Of a stretch of 63,366 nt of DNA, positions 51,285-63,366 are shown one piece after another. The notes under the pieces are model-generated. The model was not told the origin of the DNA. It did no database searches and was given only the letters and a program-made list of their open reading frames with translations. Position numbers and translations under genes: made by a program. The stretch comes from Octopus bimaculoides (taxonomy: Eukaryota), in the NCBI RefSeq assembly GCF_001194135.2, contig NC_068987.1:110077701-110141066 (forward strand). The letters are read 5' to 3'. Numbering within the stretch: position 1 is the first letter of the stretch; each line of letters starts with the position of its first letter.

Positions 51285-51482
51285 ATGGCCTCTATCTGAT
51301 CGCTTGATCTACTTGAAACAGCAGTGAAAAAATTTCCAGTAAATCACATCTTGCTGTCATAAAAGGAAGGATACAGCTGGATAATGTAATCAAAGATATA
51401 CAAAAACACAGGATGGTCATGACAGGAACGCTTTGGATCATAGGCCTGTGAGATCTAGGCTGACCTAGGGTTAAACAAAAAC
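51285..51482 (+). mobile_element. Repeat family E (SINE-like, ending gctgacctagggttaaacaa)
   Basis: Related segments near 36728-36830 (-), 43195-43335 (+) and 45440-45635 (-). Confidence 0.6.
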
Positions 51483-51547
51483 ATCATGGAAACTGCTTTA
51501 TTTATATTTAGAAGTTTGTTTTATTCACTCAGGCAGACAGTCTAGAC

Positions 51548-51901
51548 CAGGGGCTCTCAACCACTTTTTATCTATGGACCCCTTTGATTACTATTCTGCT
51601 CTGATAGATCCCCATAGTCATTCGATGTTTAAAAACTAGTTTTATAGAAACTTCTTTCAAAATCCCTATTTTGTTTTTCCCCACATTACCTTGTTTTGTA
51701 GGTTGAACTATGAAAAATGTTAGAGAAAGAAACCCAGCTGTTTCTTGCTATACATACCAATACATACATCTAAAGCAAAATTTTATCAGGGGTCTTTAAA
51801 TTACTATGTTGATCCTCAATTTACTATTTTATTGTGTTCCCCCCTTCCCCAAATCTTATATGGACCCTCAGGGCCATATAGACCCCGGTTGAGAACCACT
51901 A
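51548..51901. mobile_element. hAT-like MITE family 2, copy 2
   Basis: Ends caggggctctcaacc / ggttgagaaccacta; left flank gtctagac fits the NTCTAGAN target of Charlie-type hATs. Confidence 0.75.
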
Positions 51902-51982
51902 AGCAGTATTAATAACCTTGACCAGAGGGACCACATCATGAATTTAGGACTGTGTGTTCAGAATTAGTATTAGCCCTTTAAT

Positions 51983-52202
51983 CATCATCATCATTTAACG
52001 TCCGCTTTCCATGCTAGCATGGGTTGGACGATTTGACTGAGGACTGGTGAGCCAGAGGCTGCACCAGGCTCCAATCTGATCAGGCAAAGTTTCTACAGGT
52101 GGATGCCCTTCCTAGTGCCAACCACTCCGAGAATGTGGTGGATGCTTTTACGTGCCACCGGCGTGATGGCCAGTCAGGCAGTTCTGGCAACGACCACGCT
52201 CG
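51983..52202 (-). mobile_element. RTE-type 3' tail (family C)
   Basis: atcatcatcatcatttaacgtccgctttccatgctagc...ggcaacgaccacgctcg. Confidence 0.85.
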
Positions 52203-52924
52203 ATATATATATATATATGTATGTATGTGTGTGTGTGTGTGTACACTCTGTAAAATGGTTGGTGTTAGGAAAGGTATCCAGCCATAGAAACTATGTCAAA
52301 ACAGGCAGGGAGCCTAAACAGCTGTTCAGCTGGTCAGCTCCTGTCAAACTGTCCAACCCATGCTAAATATGACAGCAACACAGAAGGATGTGCTTGATGT
52401 TTGATGTGCCACAGTCCACCTGGCTGTATAGAAGTACAGAGGTGTTTCTGTGTACCTCAGTGTATGTTTGTCTATGAGTACATATGCGTGTGTGTATGAA
52501 GGGCATCTGGCTATAGAGAAAGAAAAAAAAACCTGCCTCAACAAATTCTGCTTAACCTATGCAAGCATGGAAAAATGGACATTAAAAAAAAGATGATGAT
52601 GATGATGACAAAAGAGTGTGATTTGAGGTACATTTGGGAGCTAATTCCTAACATATTTTGCTGTAAAGAAGCTGCTTCCCTGTTGGCAAAGAGGTGAAAT
52701 CAAGCTGTAGGCTAAGTTTCCATTCAGCATCAGGGTTAAAAGTGTGTCAACCTGGCATGGAATGACGACGACACCATTACAATATATAACAAGTCTTTCA
52801 GATACAGAAGGAGAGATTTCTCTGTTTAATCTCTGTAAGTATTTTAGCCCCGACTATGACAATGTTTCTGCTGTTTGTCAGTGAATGTCACCAGTGATTG
52901 TCCTACATGATGGGATTAACTAGC

Positions 52925-52970
<46 letters not shown>

Positions 52971-53180
52971 AGCACAAACCACAATATACATATATAGCAC
53001 AATTTTTGTCAGAAATATATAATCCTCAGTACAGTTTCCACTTGCCTGGAGGCTGCGTGAATGAACTTCTTTCTCTCAAAGATGCTTCTGTATTTGTATG
53101 CAGGTATGTATACATAAGTGTATGTATGTATGTATGTATGTATGCATGCATGCATGTATGTATGTATGCAAGCATATAAA

Positions 53181-53212
<32 letters not shown>

Positions 53213-54082
53213 CATATATGTATGTATTGTATGTGTGCGTATGTATGTATATATGTGTATATGCAAGCACAAACTCATCCACATATGTACATAAGTGCAC
53301 ATACATACAAGCTCACATATTCATACACACACACACACTCATATATATTCACACGCATACATAACATACATAGACAGATATACTTACAAACAGATGCATG
53401 CAGAAATACATCCGCATAACTATAAAGACACACACTCATACATATATACCCATACTTACGCATGCATTCACGCAGATCCACAAACACAACTGCATGGATT
53501 CACTCACGCATACACCGAGCCGTTTGCACACGCAGACACATACGTTCATCTAGCTACACACACACACTCACATGTACTCATTCACACACATACACCAAGG
53601 TACATACATACACACACGTATATGTACTTATTCACACACATACACACACACATGCATATGCACTTATCACACACATACACCAAGGTACTTATTCATACAC
53701 TGAGGTACATACACACACACACACTCACATATACTCATTCCCACACATACACCGAGGCACATACACACACATGCATATGTACTCATAGACACACATACAC
53801 CGAGGTACACACACACACACACACACACACACGTATATGACAGCAACACAGATCGATGACAGCCAACCAACTAAAAGATTGTTAGTTCATATTCTGCTTG
53901 ATGTTTGATGTGCCACAGTCCACCTGGCTGTACAGAGGTACAGAAAGGTAAGAATAACTTGCAGCAATTATACAACAGCATCTGTGTCTGCGAGTCCACT
54001 GTCTTCTTTCTTTTCCAAATTATATTCCGATATAATAATATTCTATACAATCTGAAAGGTTTTTTTTAAATGTTTCTTTTAT

Positions 54083-54665
54083 TCTTTTACTTGTTTCAGT
54101 CATTACACTGTGGCCATGCTGCAGCACTACCTTGAAGGATTTGGTCAAACAAATTGATTTCAGTAGTTATTGTTTGAAGCCTAGTACTTATTCTATTGGT
54201 CTCTTCAAAGTTTCTACAGCTGGATAACCTTCCTAACGCCAACCCCTGAGAGTGTAGTGGGTGCTTTTACGTGCCACCGGCACGAGGGTCAGTCAGGCGA
54301 TTCTGGCAACGACCACGCTCGATGTATGTATGTATATATATGTGTGTGTGTACACTTTGTAAAATGGTTGGTGTTAGAAAAGGTATCCAGCCATAGATAC
54401 CTTTTGCAGAACTGCTAAGTTATGAGGATGTAAACACACCAACACTGGTTGCCAAGTGGTGGTGGTGGGGGAACAAACACAGAGACACGCTTGCATGCAC
54501 ACACACAATGGGCTGCTTTCAGTTTCTGTCAACCAAATCAACTCACAGGGCCTTGGTTGGTCCTAGGCTATAGTAGAAGACACTTACCCAAGGTGCCACA
54601 ACAGTGGGACTGAACCAGGAACCGTGTGGCTGGGAAGCAAGCTTCTTACCACACAGCCAAGCCTG
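54083..54665 (-). mobile_element. SINE family A split by an insert of about 195 bp (54206-54401)
   Basis: Consensus ggtctct|tttgc is interrupted; both halves are otherwise collinear. Confidence 0.85.
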
Positions 54666-54868
54666 TACCTGTCGGAACTTTCACAAGAAAATACCAATTT
54701 TACTGAAAGTTATGAGGAAACACAGTTGACCTGTGCAATAACCTTCCTTAACTCACAGGCGTTACTGCTATACATTGCGGAGCATTCAGGGCCGAGTGCT
54801 TGTGCATCATATTAGAGCATTCATATGTGTGAATATTTTTTGGTGTGGGGATAGTTTTCATTTGGTGT

Positions 54869-55244
54869 GGAGGCGCAATGGCCCAGTGGTTAGAGCAGCA
54901 GAGGCGCGGGCATAGGATCGCGGTTTCGATTCCCGTTGTGAGTGTTTATTGCGCGAAAACACCTAAAAGCCCCACGAGGCTCCGACAGGGGATGGTGGCG
55001 AACCCTGCTGTACTCTTCCACCACAACTTTCTCTCACTCTTACTTCCTGTTTCTGTTGTGCCTGTAATTCAAAGGGTCAGCCTTGTCACTCTGTATCACG
55101 CTGAATATCCCCGAGAACTACGTTAAGGGTACACGTGTCTGTGGAGTGCTCAGCCACTTGCACGTTAATTTTACAAGCAGGCTGTTCCATTGATCAGATC
55201 AACTGGAACCCTCGACGTCGTAAGCGACGGAGTGCCAACAACAA
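54869..55244 (+). mobile_element. tRNA-derived SINE family G, CpG-rich, with 3' stem-loop and (AAC)n tail
   Basis: A box tggcccagtgg, B box ggtttcgattccc, hairpin cgtcg-taag-cgacg at 55216-55229. Confidence 0.85.
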
Positions 55245-56214
55245 TATTGGTTTGGTGGTAACAGCAATAATCTAGTCGTAGCTTTTCCAGGCCCAGCTAA
55301 ATAAGGAAGGAAGTTAGCATAGTTGAATAAGGTTAATGCCGTGTTTAGTTAAAACTTTCACAGATCAGTAATGGGAGCAGGCGCAGGGGGTAGAGAAGAA
55401 AACAACATAAAAAACATAGACAGGATGGGAATTTCAAAGAAATGCATTGATGAAAAGGAGAAGGAGAGGTGTTGTGTAAAAAAGATTGGGTTATAATAGG
55501 CTTTGTACAATGGTGGTGGTGGTGGTAGGGTTTAGCAGGAAAGAAACATTTGGAATGACAGTAGTGGCAGTGGCAAACATGTAAATGCAATGAGTGACAT
55601 GTTTTGAAGAAGACAGGCAAATGTCTTAAGTTCTTTGTAAATCTGTCTAGACAACATAGAAAGGGTCTTTTTAAAAAAAAATCAATTTCAAACAGCTCCT
55701 GTGAACATACTGGTTGGTGAAACTTTATTCCAATTGTTACACAGATTTTACAAGAAACTTAGCTGCATTGGAAAAAAGAAGTAGGGGTGGGGCAAGAATC
55801 CACGAATGCAATGACAAAAAAAAAAAGGAAAAAAAAAATTATAGTCAATTCCTTTGTTTTTTTCCCCTTTTTCTTTTTATTAAAAAGTTGGCTATAATTT
55901 TTTTTTTTTTTTTCTGTCAAAGTATTCATTTCACAAGCTGTGTCCAGCCACAGACTTTCAAGTTCAATTCCACTGCACGGTACCTTTGGAAAGTGTCTTC
56001 CACTATAGCCCCAGGCTGATCAAAGCTTTGTGAATGGAGTAAGTGGATGAAAGCATAAAAAAGTCCACTGAATATTTATATATGTATTTCCATTAAGTGG
56101 AGGTGCATGGCTTAGTGGTTACAGATGGATAGATAGATAGATAGATAGATGGATAGATGGATAGATAGACAGACGGACAGAGAGATAGATAGATAGATAG
56201 ACAGGCGGACAGAG

Positions 56215-56248
<34 letters not shown>

Positions 56249-57624
56249 ATAGATAGACAAAGAGAAAGAGAGAGGGGAGGAGAGAAAAGGCTGTTGATTC
56301 TTCTGACTGGCATTCACTTCCTGCAATTATCAACTGACATCCATCCATCCATCCATACATCCACCCAGCCAATCTATCCATGCAGCCAGCCAGCCAGCCA
56401 GCCATACAGTCAGCCATCTTGTATCATATATCATCATATCCCACGGCCATAGAAGTCCCTCATGCAAAACCACGAGGGAGCAGAGTGGACAGTGGCATGT
56501 GTGAAGGAGCTCTTGACTTGTCTCTGCCAATGCTGTGGTACAGGTTTAGGGAAGGAAACTCCCTTGAGGCCAAAACAAACACAAAAAAACACCCCTAAAA
56601 ATCTTGAAAATAAAAATATAAAATACAAGATAAAAAAGAAAAACAAACAAACTCTGAGCTGTGCTCACACAAAAAGTAAGAAGTTTTATGGGAAGCACAC
56701 AACATAAATACAAATTAGGTGGTTTCAAAACCCAGTGCAATGGGATCTCTTCCTGAGGCAGCCATTCATTATACTATGACACAAATTTACTCATAAATAA
56801 CAATACATGAAAAAAATAAAAAAATAAAAAACAATGGAAAAAAAGACCTCTTCAACAAATGAACAGAAACATAATGAACAGCAGCAACGAAAAGACATTA
56901 AGAATTACAACAGCAGCAACAACAACAGCAACAGCGATAACATCTCCAAAGGCTACCATGAAAAGAAAAACACAACAGCTATAAAAGTTAAATGAACAAG
57001 AACAAGGAAAAAAAAAAAGACCATGTCAACAATAACAAAAACAGCATAAATGAGACAATAACCACAAGTTACCTTTCCCCACAGAGAAATGGTGAAAAAA
57101 AGGAAAGGAAATGGACGTGAAACTAAAGAAAAGACAGAAAAACAAACAAAATGACTTTCAAGAAATGGTCCACAGTATCCTAACACAGCCACCCCCACCC
57201 CTGCATCTCTCCCACCCACTCTTTTTCTCTTTTCTGAAAGCAAAAGTCACATAAAATTAACTAAAGGTAATAAAAAATAAAAAATCCACGGTGCCCATCC
57301 CTCCACTCTCCATTAAAAGATAACAGAGTTTGAAATGTTAATGTTCTAATTTCTTTACATGTGTGTATATATGTTTGTATATGTGTGTGTGTGAGAAAGA
57401 GAGAAAGAGAGAGAGTGTGTGTATGAGTACATTCAATCACATACCTGTACATATACAAACATAAATGCCAACACATACATATATATATTGCATACACCCA
57501 CATATACAATCATCCACATCATTATCACCATGATCATCATCACCATGATCATCATCACCATGATCATCACCACCAGCATCATCATCATCATCAACACTAT
57601 CATCATCACCACCTCCACCACCAC

Positions 57625-57960
57625 CACCATTTAATGTCCATGTTCCACGTTGACATGGGTCAGACAGTTAGGCAAAACCTGACAGGTCCAAGGCTGCATT
57701 ATGCTCCCACTGCCTACTTCACCTGGATGCCCTTCCTTAAAGCTAGCCACTTTACAGCATACGATGGGTTGCTTTTCCTTCATGCCACCAGCACAACTGG
57801 CGAGGCCACCCAACAGCTAGCAAGATTAAGAATCTCAAGAGAGGTAGCTTTGTGCTAGGAAACAAAGAGTTAAGGTACAAGAAAAGGGACCAGAACATAG
57901 CGCAGGTTTCTTGTTGTAGAGGAGCTACATGGCACCCCACATTTCAGGAGAGAAGGTGGT
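57625..57960 (-). mobile_element. RTE-type 3' tail (family C), degenerate
   Basis: ccatttaatgtccatgttcc...ctggatgcccttccttaaagctagccactttacagc. Confidence 0.65.
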
Positions 57961-58089
57961 GTTGATTTGGATGAACTTCCTTCAGTTAATAATGTACCCC
58001 AGGGTACAATGTGCTGACCGCTCAGTGTGTTGTTACAGTCCAAGACCAAAAACTAGCTCTGTCCACCCTTAGCAACATTTCATGGGAGC

Positions 58090-58735
58090 TGGCAAGCGTG
58101 GCTGAGTGTTCAAGGTGATCACATTGTAACCATGTGGTCTTGGGTTCAGTCTCAACGTATGGTACCTTGGGCAAGTATCTTCGGCTACAGCCTTGGGCTG
58201 ACCAATGCTTTGTAACTGTGAGGAAACCTGTTGAGTGTGTGTGTGTGTGTGTGCGTGTGTGTGTATATATATATATATGTATATGTATATATATATATGT
58301 ATATGTGTGTATATATATGNNNNNNNNNNNNNNNNNNNNNNNNNNNNNNNNNNNNNNNNNNNNNNNNNNNNNNNNNNNNNNNNNNNNNNNNNNNNNNNNN
58401 NNNNNNNNNNNNNNNNNNNNNNNNNNNNNNNNNNNNNNNNNNNNNNNNNNNNNNNNNNNNNNNNNNNNNNNNNNNNNNNNNNNNNNNNNNNNNNNNNNNN
58501 NNATATACACACACACACACACACACACACGATTATGTGTCTTTGTGCGTGTCCCCCCACCCCCACAGCTTGATATTCCATGTTGGTTTGTTTATGTTCA
58601 AATAACTTAGAAGTGTTGGCAAAAGAGATTGATAGGGTAAGTGCCTGACTTAAAAATAAGCAGCGGGGTTGAACTGCCCGACTAAAACTATGCAAGGAGG
58701 GGCCCCAGCATGGCCATAACCGAATGGCTGAAATA
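58090..58735 (+). mobile_element. SINE family A, degenerate, with internal gap
   Basis: gggttcagtctc...ccttgggcaagtatc; 3' half ggcaaaagagattgatag...ccccagcatggcc. Confidence 0.75.
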
Positions 58736-60795
58736 TGTAAAAGATAAAAAAACTACCCTCTCCTCAATCTCACCCACCCAGTCTTTCGACTTCTTGCTAT
58801 ACCCACTATTTTTTCCAGTGTCTGAATATATGCAAACACACACATACACACACACTCACATACTTGGCAAACACATAATCCTACATCAGAACATATAAAT
58901 ATATAGTGTTACATTACATTAGAATTAGTTTACACAGACTCCTGTGTATATTATGCACACACAGATTCAGGTGTATATGCACACACAAGTGAATGTTTGT
59001 TTGTCTATGTGCTTGCGTGCACAGTATAATAAACCTTCGTTAATAAAGCATTTCTGCCAACAGACAGAAAATGGTCTTTTCATGTTTTCATTAAATATTA
59101 CGACTGTATTAAATTCAGATAGAATGCCTATGTGTATCTAAGTGTACAAATATTTATTTATTCACATAGATACACACTTCAATGAGTATAAACAGTTAAA
59201 CATGTTGACAGGTTTCAATTCCTATTTCAGTATTTTCTCAATACATTTCCAGAGATTTTATTAAGAATTTTAAAGCAAAAAGCTGCAGTGGAAAAGAGAT
59301 TTCAGATATCTATATCTATCTATCTATCTACCTATCTATCTATCTATCTGCCTGTCTGTCTGTCTGTTTGTATATCGATCTACATGTCTGTCTGTCTATC
59401 TATTTACCTGCCTGCCTGTCTGTGTGTCTATCTATCTATCTATCTAACATTTATTCTATCTGTTTTTCTGTCTGTCTATGTCTCTATTTATCTGTCTGTC
59501 TATCTATATTTCTGTTTGTCTGCCCATCTGTCTACCAATCTATCTGACTGTGTGTCTGTCTGCCTATCTACCCATATGTCTATCCGTGTCTGTCTGTCTG
59601 TCTATCTACCCATCTGTTTGTCTGTCTGTATCTATCTATCTATCTATCTAACTATCTATATACCTATCTATCTATCTCTAGCAAATTAAGAAACAATGTA
59701 GAGCCCCCTCCCCATTTTCCCATGAACCCTGGGAATATATATACGCATTACAATTGCATTATCCCAACATATAACAGTAATTTCAACTTTGTGTGTCTGT
59801 GTGCATCTAAGCGAATCTAAGCATGCATGTCAATGTGTATGTGTGGGTGTGTCTATGTGCAAGAGTGNNNNNNNNNNNNNNNNNNNNNNNNNNNNNNNNN
59901 NNNNNNNNNNNNNNNNNNNNNNNNNNNNNNNNNNNNNNNNNNNNNNNNNNNNNNNNNNNNNNNNNNNNNNNNNNNNNNNNNNNNNNNNNNNNNNNNNNNN
60001 NNNNNNNNNNNNNNNNNNNNNNNNNNNNNNNNNNNNNNNNNNNNNNNNNNNNNNNNNNNNNNNNNNNNNNNNNNNNNNNNNNNNNNNNNNNNNNNNNNNN
60101 NNNNNNNNNNNNNNNNNNNNNNNNNNNNNNNNNNNNNNNNNNNNNNNNNNNNNNNNNNNNNNNNNNNNNNNNNNNNNNNNNNNNNNNNNNNNNNNNNATC
60201 TAAGCATGCATGTCAATGTGTATGTGTGGGTGTGTCTATGTGCAAGAGTGTGTGCGTGTTAGTGTGAGTTTTTGAATACATGCGTACATGAGCAGTGGAG
60301 GGCTCATGGGGAGTGGAGATGGACAGTGGCAGAGTAAAAACAAGGGAGATTTTAAAAAACAAAAACCCAAAAAACAAACAAAGACGATAAGAGATAAGAA
60401 GTGAGAACAAAGAGTCTTGACAGTGTCAATATTAACCCTAAATCATCACCTGGCCCCTAGCTGCTGTCACTTCAGACCCCATGCCCTTAATAAGTTTCAC
60501 TTGGCCAGAATTCAAAGGACCCTATTTACAAGTTGTAAAAAGGATTAGATGCAAAACTGGAGAGAAGCCTCTATATCATGCTGACAGATACTTTCAATTC
60601 AACACACATATACACACACACACACACAAAAGCATATACACATGCATACAAGTATAAATATATACACACACATGCATGCACACGTACACACTGACAGTAC
60701 ATCTGCGCACACCCACGCACACATGCACAGAGAGAGAGAGAGAGAGAGGGAAGGAGGAAAGAGAGAGATGTTAAGTCATTTTGATGTTGTCTTAC

Positions 60796-60824
60796 CTGTC
60801 AGGTAAGCATTTAAGCGAGACAGT
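60796..60824 (-). CDS. Candidate 29-nt micro-exon (TVSLKCLPD[R/S] or LSRLNAYLT)
   Basis: Acceptor gtcggctctatacag and donor CAG|GTAAGA; two open frames; splice-signal evidence only. Confidence 0.3.
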
Positions 60825-61070
60825 CTGTATAGAGCCGACAATCACACATGCATAGAATCATATGTGCATGTATGTATGTATATATATACACCCAAACAAT
60901 CAGAATGGAATGTGTAATATTCATTGCTTGCACGCACACACACACACACACACACACAAGTAGGAACATGGTGCTTGTGTGTGATGTCTGAATTATGTGT
61001 ATATGTGTGCAAACATATATACACACAGTCAAACATACAGACATCTATATACATACACATACATACATAT

Positions 61071-61178
<108 letters not shown>

Positions 61179-61200
61179 NNNNNNNNNNATATATATGTAT

Positions 61201-61265
<65 letters not shown>

Positions 61266-62009
61266 CAAACACATACATATATGCATATATTGACATATAT
61301 AAATATATAAACACATATATATATATACACACACACATACAAATAAGAATGAGAGGAAGGGACAGAGGAAGAAAGAAAGAGGAGGGTACTGACAGAGAGA
61401 CACAAGACACACACACACACACACACTCTCTATAAACACCTGGTTTTTTCCAAAGAGTAAACAAAATTTCAGCAAACACCACTCAAGATAATAAGGAAAC
61501 TGGTCAGACCACCTGTCCCTCATCACCTACCCCACCCCCACCACTCCAGGCACCTTACCTATCAGTCATTCACCCACCCGCCACCCTTTCAGTCTAAGTA
61601 ACTCTAAATGAGTCTGTGATGTGTGTAATGGTGGTGGAGGTGGTGATGGGTGGGTTGGCAGGGTGGCAAACACTTTCCCCTCATGTAATCCAAAGATCCA
61701 GGTGGGAATGGAGTGTCTGCTGCACNNNNNNNNNNNNNNNNNNNNNNNNNNNNNNNNNNNNNNNNNNNNGGGGGGGGGGGGCGACAAGAGTGTCAGGGAG
61801 ACAAATTAGAAATGGGAATCTGTCCTGGTTAGGAAGAACATGTTTTTAAGAAGCGGGACACACACACACACACACACACACAAGCACGGCTGTGTGGTTA
61901 AGAAGCCTAGCTGTGAAACTGCATGGTTTCGGGTTCCATCTCACTGTACAGCACATGTGGGAGTAAGGTGTGGGGTCGGCTGTGTGTGTGTGTGTGTGGA
62001 TGCGTAGGT

Positions 62010-62370
62010 GCCGGTATGGCTGTGTGGTTAAGAAGACCATTTGGCAGGCCATGAGGTCTCCAGTGCAGTCCCTGCTCTACACTGTACCTTGGACAGGTGT
62101 TTTCTACTATAGCTTCAGAGATTGACTTATGAGTGAATTTGGTAGACAGAAACTGTGTGGAAGCCTGTTGTGTTTGTTCTGCCACCACTGCTTGACATTC
62201 GGTGCTGGTTTGTTTATGTCTCCATAGCTTAGTGGTTCAGCAAAAGAGATTTATAGAATAAGTACCTAATTAAAAAACAAAAAGAATCATTGGAGGGGGT
62301 GATTTATTTGACTAAATCCATTCAAAGTGGTGCTCCAGCATAGCCACAGTTCAATGATAGAAATAAGCAG
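62010..62370 (+). mobile_element. SINE family A, degenerate
   Basis: ggctgtgtggttaagaag...ccttggacaggtgttttctactatagc...gtggtgctccagcatagccacag. Confidence 0.8.
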
Positions 62371-63326
62371 AGGATACACATACATTTGAGGAATTATGTT
62401 TCTCAAAACCAGAAAGGAGAAAGCTAATTTGAAGACTACAGATCCAATCCATCATTGGAACTATAAAAATCTGTAAAACTTTCCAGAAGTTTATCATTTA
62501 AATATATATGAGCATGTCTAGATATGCAACTATATGCATGTAAATACATACATAAAACATACAAATCTGCACATATACATACATACATACATGCATGCAC
62601 GAAAAATAGAATACCTACGCTGAACTATTGAGAAATCTGCAGATACTCTATCCAAATTACAAGTTCAGGTTTATACCTGTAATTATTGGGGCCCTGGAAT
62701 ATGTAACACACTGCCTGAATACCAATCTTCAGTAATTAGGTTTCTCAAAATCAGAAAGGGAAAAGCTAATTCGAAGACTACAGATCCAATCCATCACTGG
62801 AACTGTAAAAATATGTAAAACTTTCCAAAAGTTTAGAAAACCACCCCAAAACATCTGTTTTATATAAATGAACAAGCTGTTTGAACATTCGCAAAATTTT
62901 ATTTGACAAGTTTGAGAAACGAACAAAAGCACTAATAATAATGAAGAAATAAAAGGATTTTTTCCCCCCCAAATTCTGAAGACTTTTTCTCAATATATAT
63001 ACATATATATATATATATACATACATACATATACACATATATACACATACATATATACATGCACACTTACATATAAGTGTGCATGTGTGTGTGACTAGTT
63101 GACAACCTGCACTGGTTTGTTTCTGTTCTTGTAAAGTAACGAGTGGCACAAGATTAAGAAAATTAATACTGGGATTTATACGATTGGTCAAACCATTTAT
63201 GGTGGAGATCCAGCATGGCCATGATCATTTAGACTGTGTAACAGAAAGCAGCAAAAGAAAAAAAGAATGTTATAATTGCATACACACGTACATATAAACA
63301 TACAGACGTACATACATGTGTGTATG

Positions 63327-63366
<40 letters not shown>

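Noticed and set aside
53912-53953. + strand 29-nt micro-exon candidate (cacag|TCCACC...AAAG|gtaaga)
   Set aside because: Lies in locally duplicated block Y whose other copy lacks the donor; no further support
54746-54792. Minus 42-nt candidate exon HSALNAPQCIAVTP with GTGAGT donor, NHL-repeat-like
   Set aside because: Acceptor lacks a pyrimidine tract and the similarity is too short to trust
54869-54940. tRNA-like sequence
   Set aside because: Has A and B boxes but no cloverleaf or acceptor stem; it continues into a SINE body
59815-60251. Identical 53-bp sequence on both sides of a 331-N gap
   Set aside because: Cannot distinguish a collapsed tandem array from a contig overlap without long reads

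Overview
AT-rich eukaryotic draft-assembly window with many N gaps and very dense simple repeats ((TA)n, (CA)n, (TAA)n, (GA)n, (TCTA)n, (GAT)n). Nearly all ORFs in the supplied track are translations of microsatellites or N gaps. The repeat content suggests a coleoid cephalopod, probably Octopus (inference, not a database match). Family letters below are my own working labels. Supported content: (1) several tRNA-derived SINE families (A, B, F/G, plus an unclassified repeat E) and many RTE-LINE 3' tails ending in (GAT)n; (2) two different R4/Dong-clade retrotransposon 3' ends inserted in tandem in a (TAA)n array at 27.2-28.8 kb; (3) hAT-like, piggyBac-like and Helentron-like non-autonomous DNA elements; (4) (TA)n-embedded Penelope-like fragments carrying hammerhead-ribozyme-like cores, two of which share a variant CUGUNGA core; (5) a probable unidentified minus-strand host gene, with an exon pair at 24.4-24.6 kb joined by a 98-nt GT-AG intron, a 56-bp inverted-SINE stem 58 nt upstream of it, and a possible 29-nt micro-exon at 60.8 kb. 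No intact long CDS, rRNA, true tRNA or CRISPR array is supportable. Boundaries of degenerate repeats are approximate (about +/-10-20 bp).
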